Virus record (IMG/VR): IMGVR_UViG_3300045988_132927
Location: 13,484-77,483 of that record
Reading direction: 5' to 3' (one strand)
Source of the DNA: a virus
DNA: 64,000 nt
Position numbers and translations under genes: made by a program. Below are positions 47,439 through 57,685 of this stretch, one piece after another. The stretch's first letter is position 1. Every line of letters begins with the position of its first letter. The notes beneath the pieces were generated by a model. The model saw nothing but the letters and a program-made list of their open reading frames with translations, did no database searches and was not told where the DNA came from.

Positions 47439-47804
47439 TCATTTTTCTTTTGCAAAGCGGTCAAATTCTTCTCCGCTCATGACAATGCGGTTAATGATAA
47501 TTATGCCGTTATTGCTATAACTATCATTTTTAACTCCCATGTCATCAAGCTCCTTCTTTAAATCTTCAAATGTAGGGCCTTTCTTGTCTTTAAAAAATAA
47601 AGTAGCATGCACAACCCTTCCGTTGTTTAGTTTTACTCTCACGGTATAGAGATATCCTTTTTCTTCTTCATCCTTTTTATTGATACCATCAAGGATGCTA
47701 TTTATCATATCCTTGTCCTCACGTGATAGGTTGGATATGGCTATTCTGCCCTTTAATCTAAATATTTCGTTTTCGTTCATGACTTTCTGTTTTATTGTTT
47801 TCAA
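47439..47804 (-). CDS. hypothetical protein
   Basis: 121-aa ORF. Confidence 0.4.
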   Translation of the reverse strand: MKTIKQKVMNENEIFRLKGRIAISNLSREDKDMINSILDGINKKDEEEKGYLYTVRVKLNNGRVVHATLFFKDKKGPTFEDLKKELDDMGVKNDSYSNNGIIIINRIVMSGEEFDRFAKEK

Positions 47805-48063
47805 AATATTGTCTTACGGCTTCTATGGCTTTATCATCATCAAAAGCTTCTTCAAACTCCGTGTAGAACCTATCTCGCTCCATGCAGAATGTGTTTTTCC
47901 CTTCCGGTATAGGACGGAACACAACCACCCTCTCTTTGTCGTGATTGGTTCCTATTATGTTATTATCTAAGATAATAGAATACCTTCTTGAACTTTTGTT
48001 GATAACAACATCATGTTGAAGACCATACAATTTAAGTATTTCCCTTAATTCATTTGTTTTCAT
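47758..48063 (-). CDS. hypothetical protein
   Basis: 101-aa ORF. Confidence 0.4.
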   Translation of the reverse strand: MKTNELREILKLYGLQHDVVINKSSRRYSIILDNNIIGTNHDKERVVVFRPIPEGKNTFCMERDRFYTEFEEAFDDDKAIEAVRQYFENNKTESHERKRNI

Positions 48064-48420
48064 TTATATTACTCCTTCCAAATTTACTTTAATAGAACCA
48101 TTTATGGTTTTAATGCTCCCATCTATGGTTGAAATCACATCATCTATATCATTTATAATACTTTCCATGTCATCAACCACCTCCTCCATATCAGTTACAG
48201 CCTGATCTGATTCCCAATATCTTTCTGAGTCTTGTAACGATTCCGGTATATTATCTCTCGCCTCAGTCTCTTCATCTAAAATCATATCAACATCATCTTT
48301 GGCTGAATTTATGTTGTGCTTCAACTCCGACAACTTTGATTTGATGTATTCAAAATCTGTTTTATACTTATTTACGTTGTTAATAACATCCGATATTTTT
48401 TTTCTTCTCTTGTTGTTCAT
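48064..48420 (-). CDS. hypothetical acidic protein
   Basis: 118-aa ORF. Confidence 0.4.
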   Translation of the reverse strand: MNNKRRKKISDVINNVNKYKTDFEYIKSKLSELKHNINSAKDDVDMILDEETEARDNIPESLQDSERYWESDQAVTDMEEVVDDMESIINDIDDVISTIDGSIKTINGSIKVNLEGVI

Positions 48421-49841
48421 GCCTTTATCTTATTATAATATTCGATAATCTTTTCTTTCCTGTCTCCTGGTTTTACTGCCATATTCTCAGCCAAGAACCT
48501 AAAATACGACACTGGTATGTCCTTGAATCTAATTCCTTCATATTTTCCAAACCACATTATTATACTGTCAAGATCGTCTTCTCTCCTACCATCTCCATTC
48601 ACAGATTTAAGCGAGGCTGCCCGGCGAAGGATCTCGTCTTTGGTAATAATATCACCCATCCTTATATTAGACAGAAGTTGATCTCCGGCAAACATACACC
48701 AGCCCTTAGAAGGGAATTGTTCGATTGTCAAGTCTTCTATCCGACCGAAACGCCTCATGTTGTCGCAGCAATCAACTATCAGCGCCTCTTTCTTGTCAGG
48801 ATGGATGCGGACGGCTCGGCCTAATATTTGGTAATAAGTTGAATATGAGAAAGTTGGTCGACCAAACATCACACAATCAAGTTCAGGAAAATCAAATCCG
48901 GTAGCAAGCGTTGAATAATTAAAAACCACCTTCAACTTACCTTCTTTGAAATCGGATATAATTTGTTCTCTTTTCTTTTTGGTTGTTAGCGATGTTACGA
49001 CACCGGTTATGGCTCCCATCCTGGCATTCATGAACTCTGATATTCTATTACATGATTCGATAGAATCCATACAGACCAAAATGGCTTTACGTTCGTTCAT
49101 AAGTTGAAGAAGGCGCTTGTAGATAGAGTTGTTTAAGCCGTTTCGTACAATACTTTCTTTAATAGATTCGTTGGTGTATTCAGCTCCGGTACTGTTTAAC
49201 ATCAGAGCCGATTCATCAAACGACCATCGTTCGTACTTAAGTGGACACCAAAACCCTTGAGAGGTTAGTTCTTGTATTTGAGTCACATGAACTATTTTCT
49301 TGAAGAAATTATGCTCGTCTTTCGTCAGCATATTGAGCTTGCTATAGTTTCCTTCCAGCATGGAACTGTAGGTTCTGAGGCGGCAGGGAGTGGCGGTGAA
49401 GCCCAGCACCTTCGCCTCTGGGAACCTGTTCATAAACTCCATAAATTCAGAACCTTCTTCAGGAGAATATCCTGAATGACATTCGTCTATCAATAAGGTA
49501 TCTATCCCTATATCCTTCAACCTCGCTACATCTTTCTTTATGCTCTTTAATGTTGCATAAGTCATAGCCGACAGCTCCTTTATACCACATGAAGCAGAAT
49601 ATATAGTAGGTTTAGAACCGAATGATACGGCCTTTGCATAATTCTGCTCCAGAATCTCTTTTGAGGGCTGTAATACTAATGTCGGTCTATTTATTTCATG
49701 TGCTATCTTGGATATCAGAAGGCTCTTTCCACATCCGCATGGGGCTACGATTATGCCAGGCTTCTTAGATCTTCCTGTAAGAAACTTAAGCCCGGCATCT
49801 ACTGCCTCTTTTTGGTAAGGTCTAAGTTCAAAGCCCATCAC
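48417..49841 (-). CDS. superfamily 2 DEAD/DEAH-box DNA helicase
   Basis: Walker A APCGCGKS, motif II DECH, motif III TAT; 474 aa. Confidence 0.75.
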   Translation of the reverse strand: MMGFELRPYQKEAVDAGLKFLTGRSKKPGIIVAPCGCGKSLLISKIAHEINRPTLVLQPSKEILEQNYAKAVSFGSKPTIYSASCGIKELSAMTYATLKSIKKDVARLKDIGIDTLLIDECHSGYSPEEGSEFMEFMNRFPEAKVLGFTATPCRLRTYSSMLEGNYSKLNMLTKDEHNFFKKIVHVTQIQELTSQGFWCPLKYERWSFDESALMLNSTGAEYTNESIKESIVRNGLNNSIYKRLLQLMNERKAILVCMDSIESCNRISEFMNARMGAITGVVTSLTTKKKREQIISDFKEGKLKVVFNYSTLATGFDFPELDCVMFGRPTFSYSTYYQILGRAVRIHPDKKEALIVDCCDNMRRFGRIEDLTIEQFPSKGWCMFAGDQLLSNIRMGDIITKDEILRRAASLKSVNGDGRREDDLDSIIMWFGKYEGIRFKDIPVSYFRFLAENMAVKPGDRKEKIIEYYNKIKA

Positions 49842-50214
49842 AATCTATTATATTATTTTTTGAAAGTTCTATTATCGCCTCTTTCAACATCTCCCTTGCT
49901 TTATTCTCATTATCTTCAAACAGGCATACACTGCATGTAGCACCTTTGGAGGGGTAGTCTCTGTAGGCTTCTGCTCTTTCTACAACGTACTCACAACAAT
50001 AGTCGTGACTCATGTCTTTTGCTATACTTATAAAATGATCTTCTCCATCCATCAACACACAATATTCAGCATCGTTTTCGCATGCAATAACACCTTTGTT
50101 TTTTAAAATGGATAGCACTTTGTTTCCAAAAAGTCCAATATAGACCCATATATCTTTCCCTGCATTTTTGTAAAAAATATCCATTCCTTCTTTGATTGTG
50201 ACTTTCTTTTCCAT
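49828..50214 (-). CDS. hypothetical protein
   Basis: 128-aa ORF. Confidence 0.4.
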   Translation of the reverse strand: MEKKVTIKEGMDIFYKNAGKDIWVYIGLFGNKVLSILKNKGVIACENDAEYCVLMDGEDHFISIAKDMSHDYCCEYVVERAEAYRDYPSKGATCSVCLFEDNENKAREMLKEAIIELSKNNIIDCDGL

Positions 50215-50220
50215 AATCCC

Positions 50221-50571
50221 TTATTTTATATCAGTAATTAAAACATATATTTTAGCAATATCTTCAAGACTCACAGAAGAACGTATATATAGTTTTTCTT
50301 CGTACTCATATAGAGCGTACCCTTCTTTTACGTCTAATATCTTAATCACATGCTTGCCTCTTTCAAATGGATCCTCAAAGTAGTTCTTATGTTCGTATCT
50401 TTGACCGACTTTTATTTTGTCAGTTTTCTTCTTCATCTTATAACGATCTATTGCTCTACCTGTTTTTATGAAAGCTGTCGTGAGTAAGTATAATAAAACT
50501 AAATACAAAAGGATCGCTACTCCACATATTAGATCTTCTTTCATTACACTCCTTTTAAATAGTTGAACCAT
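50221..50571 (-). CDS. hypothetical membrane-anchored protein
   Basis: N-terminal hydrophobic helix ILLYLVLLYLLTTAFI. Confidence 0.4.
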   Translation of the reverse strand: MVQLFKRSVMKEDLICGVAILLYLVLLYLLTTAFIKTGRAIDRYKMKKKTDKIKVGQRYEHKNYFEDPFERGKHVIKILDVKEGYALYEYEEKLYIRSSVSLEDIAKIYVLITDIK

Positions 50572-50710
50572 ATATCCTCCAGCTTCTCCTGAAGCTCAAA
50601 CGCTTTCTTGAAATTCCCGCATCGTACAGCAACGTCTCTCATGTATGTCAAGTTTATAACTTCCGGATCTTGCCGGTATTTTGTTCTTAACTTTTGAACA
50701 TCCTCGTATT

Positions 50711-51730
50711 TCATCGTTTTATCTTTTTAGACGGATCCCAATCCGAAGAGAAAGGGCATTCGTTTTTGTTATGTAATCCAAAGTCACAATAATAACACAG
50801 TGCTGACGGGCAGGGCAGCTTGTTTTGCGGAACAGGCTGGCTTAGGGTGGCGCGCCGCCTGCTATACCTGGCTCCTTCTGCCCCCTGGATGTACGCTTGA
50901 AATGTTTTTACACTATTATCTTCAAAATCATACATTTTAGATAAAGTGTCATTTAGCATCTCTATAGATTTTGTTTTACGTTCCTCATCCACTTTAACCT
51001 TTTGGTATTGTCTGGTCCTGGTAAAGAAATAGATGTTCATATCTGGCAGAACTCCACCATATTTTCTATAGATGTAAAACGAATATATAGGATGCTGTAA
51101 ATTCGTTTCCAACTTCTTAGAATCAAAAACCTTATTACCTGATTTCCAATCTATGACATAATGGTGAACTACGTTCTTGCTCTTTATAGCCAGATGAAGG
51201 TCTACCGATCCTACTATGTACACATGAGTATGAACGTCACCATTTATATCAACAGGCTTAGGAAGACGGTATGGCAGCACGAAATCTTCTTCGACTCCAA
51301 CTATGGCGCCGTGTCTGATAAGTTTCTCACAGGGATTAAGATCACTATCAGCTATCATAAACCTATTCCCGTCTTTTTTAAACAGATCCACAATCCAAGC
51401 AAGAAGCTCTCCAGATTGTTTCATGGCTATCATCATATTTTCCGGTGATTGCCAAGGTATGTCTTCTTGATAGGAATAATAACTTATTGCTTCTCCAAGG
51501 TCTTTACCGGAAGGCTGTCTTCCGTTCTTAAAGAAGTATTCCAGTGTCTTATGGATAACCGTACCATAAGACGTAGCTTCTTGTTTTTCCGTAGACCTTT
51601 TGCCCTCTACGTAAGTCTTATACCATTTCATTGGACAAGTAAGAAACGTATCTATCTGGGAATAAGATATGGCAAGACGTTTCACACCATTAAACTCCTT
51701 ATATAGCAAATGTGTTTCCGGGACCATCAT
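50711..51730 (-). CDS. Cas4-like / RecB-family PD-(D/E)xK nuclease with Fe-S cluster cysteines
   Basis: N-terminal Cys (LTCPMKW), VIDWKSG (DYKTG-like motif), C-terminal CPSALCYYC...ECPF cysteine cluster. Confidence 0.6.
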   Translation of the reverse strand: MMVPETHLLYKEFNGVKRLAISYSQIDTFLTCPMKWYKTYVEGKRSTEKQEATSYGTVIHKTLEYFFKNGRQPSGKDLGEAISYYSYQEDIPWQSPENMMIAMKQSGELLAWIVDLFKKDGNRFMIADSDLNPCEKLIRHGAIVGVEEDFVLPYRLPKPVDINGDVHTHVYIVGSVDLHLAIKSKNVVHHYVIDWKSGNKVFDSKKLETNLQHPIYSFYIYRKYGGVLPDMNIYFFTRTRQYQKVKVDEERKTKSIEMLNDTLSKMYDFEDNSVKTFQAYIQGAEGARYSRRRATLSQPVPQNKLPCPSALCYYCDFGLHNKNECPFSSDWDPSKKIKR

Positions 51731-52086
51731 AAGTCATTGTCTTTAAATCCTTCCGGGTAATATACGACATACTTCTTACCGTCTTCTGGTGTCATGGCAA
51801 ACTGCATGTAGTTATTACGATTACGATGCTTACCATCTAATCCTCGCTTCCAATACAGAATCCCGTCTATATCCACATAAGACCGTCCGCGTTCGGCTCT
51901 AACTACGTCCGTGTGTAGCAGATACCCGTCGGAAGACACAATCCACACTTTATCCCCTTTGTTTAAATAAGATATTCTTTTTCTTACAACAACCTTTTTC
52001 TTATTATCCAATACAAATTCCTCATCAGTCATACTCTTCATCCTCCTCTTCTTCTGTTTCAAAATCAATTCCATAACACTGATCAT
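51727..52086 (-). CDS. hypothetical protein
   Basis: 119-aa ORF. Confidence 0.4.
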   Translation of the reverse strand: MISVMELILKQKKRRMKSMTDEEFVLDNKKKVVVRKRISYLNKGDKVWIVSSDGYLLHTDVVRAERGRSYVDIDGILYWKRGLDGKHRNRNNYMQFAMTPEDGKKYVVYYPEGFKDNDL

Positions 52087-52249
52087 AATGCTTGGTCAGT
52101 TCTTCTGGTTCTAAATCTTGTCCAAAATCCATGTTAAAAATATCGTAATTAGTAAAGCACTTAAAATCACTGTTCCAGCAGGCAGGAAATCTATGAATGC
52201 TGCTTTTATTTCTTCAATTAGGCCCAAGTGTAACCTTGGGCCATTGTAT

Positions 52250-53950
52250 TTATTTTTTGTCATCTCCCTTTAACTTCTTTAAAGTATCTGCAATCGGAAG
52301 CTGATCAATGACTCCCAATGCCGGAGCGACGGTCTTAACAACATTGTTAAGGAAATTACCGGTACTGTTCTGACCGCCGTCAAATACTGTGATATTTCCG
52401 AGGTTAATGTGCTCAAATGCCTTAACCTGTTCTCCGGCAATTTCTTTCCACTGATTAACCATCTTGTACTGGATGGCGATCTGAGGATTGGATTCTGCTG
52501 CTTCCACCATGGCCTTAAATCCGTCGGCTTCTGCCATTAACGACTTTTTCTTACCTTCGGCTTCTGCCTCCAGCTTCATCTGAATAGCTTTTGCCTCCGC
52601 CTCAGCTTTTGCCAAATGTGCTGCTGCCTCAGCCTCAGCCCGGCGTTTGATCTTCTCGGCCTCGGCATCAGCTTGCAAGATGGCCTCTTCCTTCTGGGTT
52701 TCAGCCGGCACAATCTTTTCAGCCTTAAGCGCAGCCTGAACTTTCTTAGCCTTAGCTTCTTCCACTTCTTTGTCGGCAAGCTCTTTTGCTGTTTTTACAG
52801 CCGCTTCCGATTTAACTTTTTCTTCTCCGGCCTTCTTCTCTGATTGAGCTTTGATAATCTGTAGTTCTGATACTGACACAGCAACCTCCTTCTGGGCATT
52901 GTTGTATCCTATAGACGCATTTTTCTCAGCCTCAGCCTTCTTAATCTGAGCTTCAGAGTCTTGTATTGCTATAGCTGCTTCCTTGTCAGCTTCAGCCTTA
53001 TTCTTTCCGACTTCTTCCATCCTTTCAGCCTCGGCTTTATTTACTTCAAGTTCTGCCTTAGATCTTACAATCGCCGATTCCTTGTCGGTTAAAGTTTTTG
53101 CGATAACCGCAGCCCTGTCTCTATCTGCTTGAGCTACGCCGATCTGTTTCTCTTTATCGGTTAAAGCCAAGGCTATTTCTTTTTCTTTCTTCGTTTCAGC
53201 TACTATCGTTTCCTTTTCTTTTTCAGTACAAGCAATTTGAATCTCTTGTTCTTTTTTGGTATTAGCCACAGCCGTTTCTTTCTCCTTCTGCTGTACAGCA
53301 ATCTTAATAGCACCCAGCTTCTCCTGCTCTTCGATATTAGCTTGTGCTTCGTTCAGAGCCCTACTTTCAGCCTCCTTACCAAGGTTCATAATATAACCGG
53401 CTTCGTCTCTAATGTCACTGATGTTGATGTTCAGGAGGTAAAGACCTAACTTGTTAAGCTCGTTATCAATGTTCTTTCTCGCCTTATCCAAAAACTCATC
53501 CCTGTCAGAATTAAGTTTTTCGATTGTCATTTCAGCAATAATCAAACGCATCTGACCGTAAACGATGTCCGTAATAAGATTTTCAGTAGATTCGGTATCC
53601 ATCCCCAAAAGTCTTTCTGCCGCATTTTGCATGATTTCGGGATTTGTACTGATAGCTACTGTAATAGTCGTAGGTACATCTACTCTAATATTCTGAGATG
53701 ATAAAGCACCGGTAAGCTTGCAATCTATTTGCATAGGCTCCATTGACAAAACATCATAGCTTTGAATAATAGGTAAGACAAATGCCGCTCCACCATGATA
53801 TAATTTCGCCGACTTCTTTTCCCCACCTGTCTTACCATAAACGACCAAGACCTGATTAGGCTTACATCTACGATACCTTGATAAGACTCCGATGATTGTC
53901 AAAATAATCACTACAGCTAAGATAGCTGACACGTACATGATTGTTGTCAT
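52250..53950 (-). CDS. flotillin-like SPFH/band-7 domain protein with long Ala/Glu/Lys-rich coiled coil
   Basis: N-terminal TM helix then the SPFH core beginning LVVYGKTGG…; EA/KA repeat region; 566 aa. Confidence 0.7.
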   Translation of the reverse strand: MTTIMYVSAILAVVIILTIIGVLSRYRRCKPNQVLVVYGKTGGEKKSAKLYHGGAAFVLPIIQSYDVLSMEPMQIDCKLTGALSSQNIRVDVPTTITVAISTNPEIMQNAAERLLGMDTESTENLITDIVYGQMRLIIAEMTIEKLNSDRDEFLDKARKNIDNELNKLGLYLLNINISDIRDEAGYIMNLGKEAESRALNEAQANIEEQEKLGAIKIAVQQKEKETAVANTKKEQEIQIACTEKEKETIVAETKKEKEIALALTDKEKQIGVAQADRDRAAVIAKTLTDKESAIVRSKAELEVNKAEAERMEEVGKNKAEADKEAAIAIQDSEAQIKKAEAEKNASIGYNNAQKEVAVSVSELQIIKAQSEKKAGEEKVKSEAAVKTAKELADKEVEEAKAKKVQAALKAEKIVPAETQKEEAILQADAEAEKIKRRAEAEAAAHLAKAEAEAKAIQMKLEAEAEGKKKSLMAEADGFKAMVEAAESNPQIAIQYKMVNQWKEIAGEQVKAFEHINLGNITVFDGGQNSTGNFLNNVVKTVAPALGVIDQLPIADTLKKLKGDDKK

Positions 53951-53982
53951 AACTTTTAAAATTTAATTGTTGATAAAAAAAA

Positions 53983-54477
53983 TTAGATACTTAATTCTCC
54001 TTCTTCATATTTTATATTCGCCTTGTCGCCGTTTTTGTAGGTTTTTCCAGACAAGCATCTTACTCTCATTTGCTCTTGTCTTCCATTTTTCGAAATATTT
54101 ACCATATAATGATTCTTCCCTGATCTAAATACTATCTCCACTTCTCTTCCGTTTAAATCTTCCGGACATTCGTACACCATTTCTTGCTTTAACTTAAGAA
54201 GTAACTTATATACGTAAAACAAAACGATAAAGAAAAACGACCCTATCACAACCCCTACTAAATGGGAACCCGAAAAGTAAGTAGTCCAGCTATATCCAAG
54301 AATGAAATGTGTTATGCCCTTGAATGATATGATGTCCGACAAAGACATGCTTAAATCAGAAGCACTGTCAATGTCAATATCCGTATCCAGATCAGATCCT
54401 AATATCGACAACAAAAACTGTATAACAAAAGCAAATGACGCTATTAAAGCCATGCATAAAATTATATCACTTCCCAT
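53983..54477 (-). CDS. NfeD-like membrane protein (flotillin/stomatin operon partner)
   Basis: N-terminal TM helices and C-terminal beta/OB-like soluble domain, positioned immediately 5' of flotillin gene. Confidence 0.5.
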   Translation of the reverse strand: MGSDIILCMALIASFAFVIQFLLSILGSDLDTDIDIDSASDLSMSLSDIISFKGITHFILGYSWTTYFSGSHLVGVVIGSFFFIVLFYVYKLLLKLKQEMVYECPEDLNGREVEIVFRSGKNHYMVNISKNGRQEQMRVRCLSGKTYKNGDKANIKYEEGELSI

Positions 54478-54718
54478 ATCCTTCTGTTATTGTTTTGTAA
54501 ACAAGATCAGTCATATCTTTGATGGTCTCCATATCATAATCAATAATAACAATATTGAATTTTTGTTCCACCATCATTTCAAGTTCAATTTGATCAAGAG
54601 AATCTAATCCAAGTTCTTTAAACGTCACATCTTCTTCATGAACTATATCCATTTCTGAATTAAGAAACTGAGTAATAATTATATCCTCTATAATCTTTCT
54701 GATTTCTACTTTTTCCAT
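54467..54718 (-). CDS. acyl carrier protein
   Basis: LGLDSLDQIEL phosphopantetheine-attachment motif (DSL), 83 aa, acidic. Confidence 0.65.
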   Translation of the reverse strand: MEKVEIRKIIEDIIITQFLNSEMDIVHEEDVTFKELGLDSLDQIELEMMVEQKFNIVIIDYDMETIKDMTDLVYKTITEGYGK

Positions 54719-55419
54719 TGCTTTCTAATTTTGTTAAATAAATACGTTTTTATGTTTTTCAATCTCTCTTTGTCTGTTTCAGAACTTCCGGTAAACAAAT
54801 AATCCGGATTGCCTTTAGCCGGCGGCGTAGGCAATTTAGATACGGCAAACAACCAATCCATTTCCTTATTCTTCTTAGACTCCAAATAAGGCTCGGTAGC
54901 GATCTTGAATTTTTCAGCTATTAAGTCGAAGAGCTTTGAGTTTTTAAGGTTCATATGGACTGAAAAAGCCTGAGAAGGCGGTTTCCATATGAAGTTACAT
55001 AAGCTCATTGTATAATCTCCTGACTCTGCTATATAAGATTCCGTTACCTGAAGTATGACCTCTTTTTTAAATGAAGTATTACCCATAAACCAACACAACC
55101 TGGATTCCGCTTCTTTTCTGCTGACACCTATGTCTTTTGAATACGATTCGTACATTCCTATCATAATCTTCAACGTTTCCAGAACCTCGTCCGTCATTTC
55201 CGGTGTCTCTATATAATTCACAAAAGACGTTCCTTTGTTGGTTAATCTCATCACGCCTGATTTTAATTTCTCAACCAGGCCAAGCTCTATATACCTCCCA
55301 GCATCTTCTTCCGGCATGGCTTCGATCATAACCGTATCCTTCTGTCTTATGGCAAGAAGATTGGCAAGATCATTAGGAGTCATGTCTGATGCTGCAAGTT
55401 GTCTGAAATTGATGTACAT
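54706..55419 (-). CDS. hypothetical protein
   Basis: 237-aa ORF. Confidence 0.5.
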   Translation of the reverse strand: MYINFRQLAASDMTPNDLANLLAIRQKDTVMIEAMPEEDAGRYIELGLVEKLKSGVMRLTNKGTSFVNYIETPEMTDEVLETLKIMIGMYESYSKDIGVSRKEAESRLCWFMGNTSFKKEVILQVTESYIAESGDYTMSLCNFIWKPPSQAFSVHMNLKNSKLFDLIAEKFKIATEPYLESKKNKEMDWLFAVSKLPTPPAKGNPDYLFTGSSETDKERLKNIKTYLFNKIRKQWKK

Positions 55420-55421
55420 TC

Positions 55422-55619
55422 TTAATCAGCTTTAATAAAAATAACATTCTTGTTATCTTGTCTATCAACATGTCCACATGGACCAATAATTATGTCTGTA
55501 CATGAACAAGAATCGTAATCTTCGAATATACATCCATCGCATGTATCACCTTCCACACATTTCAATTTTACAAGTCCGGCAGTAAATACTTCTCCTACTT
55601 TAAATTCCTTCTTTTCCAT
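55422..55619 (-). CDS. small Cys-rich protein
   Basis: 65-aa ORF, CDGC...CSC...GPCGH. Confidence 0.35.
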   Translation of the reverse strand: MEKKEFKVGEVFTAGLVKLKCVEGDTCDGCIFEDYDSCSCTDIIIGPCGHVDRQDNKNVIFIKAD

Positions 55620-55634
55620 ATTTCCTCCTTGTTT

Positions 55635-56237
55635 TTAACTGTTGTACCCTTCTTTGATAATCGAATTTCTACCGGTAGATACCGACTGTCGAAGATCGTC
55701 ATGTACAGAATCTACCGTAGAATACTTGTTTCTGGTTGTAAAAATCACTTCCAGCATCTCCTTGTAATCACCTAAAGCTACTTCGTATCTCGGATCCACT
55801 TTGGCTTTTCTTTCAGCCTCGGCATTACTTTTAGCCAGTTCTCGATCAAGAAGATCTTCTTTGATTCGGTCAGCAATCATATCAAGTTCTTTTTTAATAA
55901 CTTCTCCTGCTGCCCGAAGTTGACCTTCTACGTCACCAAGCTGGTCTTGGACGGTACCTATTTCTTTCTTTAGACGATCGTATTCGTTAATCATACCCAT
56001 ATCACCTGCATAGCCGGAAAAGTCCTTGATTATTTTGGTTCCTTCTTTAAGGAGCTCAATGACTCGTCTTTTACGTTCTCTGCTTATTAAAGACGGAAGA
56101 CGATAATTCATATCCGCCACCGCCTTATCATGTATGGAGTTGATTAAAAACATCTCTCTTTCATCCCCTGCAAATTCAGTAAGAACCAAAAGGAACTTAC
56201 TTATCAGGTATTCGTTTTCTTCTACTGTTAGTCTCAT
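55635..56237 (-). CDS. hypothetical coiled-coil protein
   Basis: 200-aa ORF. Confidence 0.45.
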   Translation of the reverse strand: MRLTVEENEYLISKFLLVLTEFAGDEREMFLINSIHDKAVADMNYRLPSLISRERKRRVIELLKEGTKIIKDFSGYAGDMGMINEYDRLKKEIGTVQDQLGDVEGQLRAAGEVIKKELDMIADRIKEDLLDRELAKSNAEAERKAKVDPRYEVALGDYKEMLEVIFTTRNKYSTVDSVHDDLRQSVSTGRNSIIKEGYNS

Positions 56238-56252
56238 GGTTCTTATTTTTTT

Positions 56253-57386
56253 TTAATACAATGACTGTTCTTCTTTTGTCTCTTGTTCTTGTTCCTGATT
56301 GTCCGTAACATCTTCCACAGTATAGAGCTTGGGCGGCGTCGGCGGCTGGTTGGGGTTCACGAACTTCGTCCCTCCCTCCCCGTACATCCATCCATGCCCC
56401 GGCAAGATCTCTGGGTGGATTGTATTAGTAAGCTCTTCCATACTAACTTGCCTTACCTTCAGTATATGATGAAACACCAGTCCGGCTGTCCTGAATGATG
56501 TTTTGTTTTCAGTTTTAAACCTATCAAGAGTCTGATACCAATCTTTCCCAAATATCATATACTTATCCAGCCCGTACCTACGAGGATTGTGCAAACCTAT
56601 CATTAACGTACATAACTGACCCAGCGTATCAGACTGGTAAAAATCAGAAAGACGCGGAGGCTGCTCTTGTGGGCTTTTTATCCTTCCTTCTATCTCTCTG
56701 TTGAATTGGGATATGATGAGGAAAAATATGTTTTTATATACTAATTTAGCTTCGTTCATAACCGCCACCAAATCATCTATAGCCGACTTAGGATCTAACC
56801 CCATTCTTTTTATCAAAGCAATATGATCGACTTTAAATATTATAAGACGTTTATCTTTGTGTTTGGTAGCTATATGATACACAGCCGCCTCAAACTCTTT
56901 TACCGTACACGGAGCATCGATGTATATTATGTTATTTCTGATTTCACCTTGAAGGATTTCAAACATCCTCATCTCTTCTACCGTATTAGAATCTTGCCTT
57001 CTTAATATTTCAGGAGCCCTCTTTTTCATATCCTGGCTCATTCTACGAAGAAGAAGATCTTGAGGATTCATTTCGAACTCGCAATTAACAAGAAAATAAT
57101 CTTCTGCTTGCGGGTTGATCATCGGATTCATCACATTTTCCAATATCTTTTGGGCCACATACGATTTACCTACAGATGGCCGGGCTCCTATGGCAATAGC
57201 ATGCTGAGGGAAAATACCTCCAAGCAAAGCCTCATCAATATAATCGTATCCGGTTTTAGCGGGGATAAGCTCTCCCCGCCTGTATTTCAAGATATTCTCA
57301 TACGCCTCTTCCATAACTTGTTTAGAGGTCTTGAATATCCTTCTTATATCTATCCTATTTGCTATCTCCTCTTGCATTTTTGTCAC
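56253..57386 (-). CDS. DnaB-like replicative helicase (RecA-fold C-terminal domain)
   Basis: Walker A GARPSVGKS; ISQFNREIEGR resembles DnaB H3/arginine-finger motif. Confidence 0.6.
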   Translation of the reverse strand: MTKMQEEIANRIDIRRIFKTSKQVMEEAYENILKYRRGELIPAKTGYDYIDEALLGGIFPQHAIAIGARPSVGKSYVAQKILENVMNPMINPQAEDYFLVNCEFEMNPQDLLLRRMSQDMKKRAPEILRRQDSNTVEEMRMFEILQGEIRNNIIYIDAPCTVKEFEAAVYHIATKHKDKRLIIFKVDHIALIKRMGLDPKSAIDDLVAVMNEAKLVYKNIFFLIISQFNREIEGRIKSPQEQPPRLSDFYQSDTLGQLCTLMIGLHNPRRYGLDKYMIFGKDWYQTLDRFKTENKTSFRTAGLVFHHILKVRQVSMEELTNTIHPEILPGHGWMYGEGGTKFVNPNQPPTPPKLYTVEDVTDNQEQEQETKEEQSLY

Positions 57387-57633
57387 CTTTCGTATCCGAC
57401 TTGGATCCCCTATTAGCTTTTACTGATTTATACCTAAGACCGTTCTTGGTATGAGAACAATCCTTGCCTTTCCTCCAGCCCTTGCCCTTCTTCTTGTCCG
57501 TTTCGTAGTTTTTACGACCAAGCTCCCGGCGTTTGGCTTTCTGTTCCGGTCTGGCATTTATCTCCTTGTCTTTTTTAGCCTTTTTCTTCCTGGCTTCGGG
57601 ATGAGTCCTGTAGTACTCTGTTGATCTGCCCAT
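57355..57633 (-). CDS. highly basic Lys/Arg-rich protein
   Basis: 92-aa ORF, KKKAKKDKE..KRRELGRKNYETDKKKGKGWRKGK. Confidence 0.4.
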   Translation of the reverse strand: MGRSTEYYRTHPEARKKKAKKDKEINARPEQKAKRRELGRKNYETDKKKGKGWRKGKDCSHTKNGLRYKSVKANRGSKSDTKGDKNARGDSK

Positions 57634-57685
57634 CTTCTTACATTTTTTTTGATTGATAATAGCACAAAGATAGGCAATTCTCGCC

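Noticed and set aside
52222-52243. Hairpin ggcccaag-tgtaac-cttgggcc as a terminator of the flotillin gene
   Set aside because: On the minus strand it is not followed by a U-tract. It may be a weak or bidirectional terminator, but the evidence is insufficient to annotate it.
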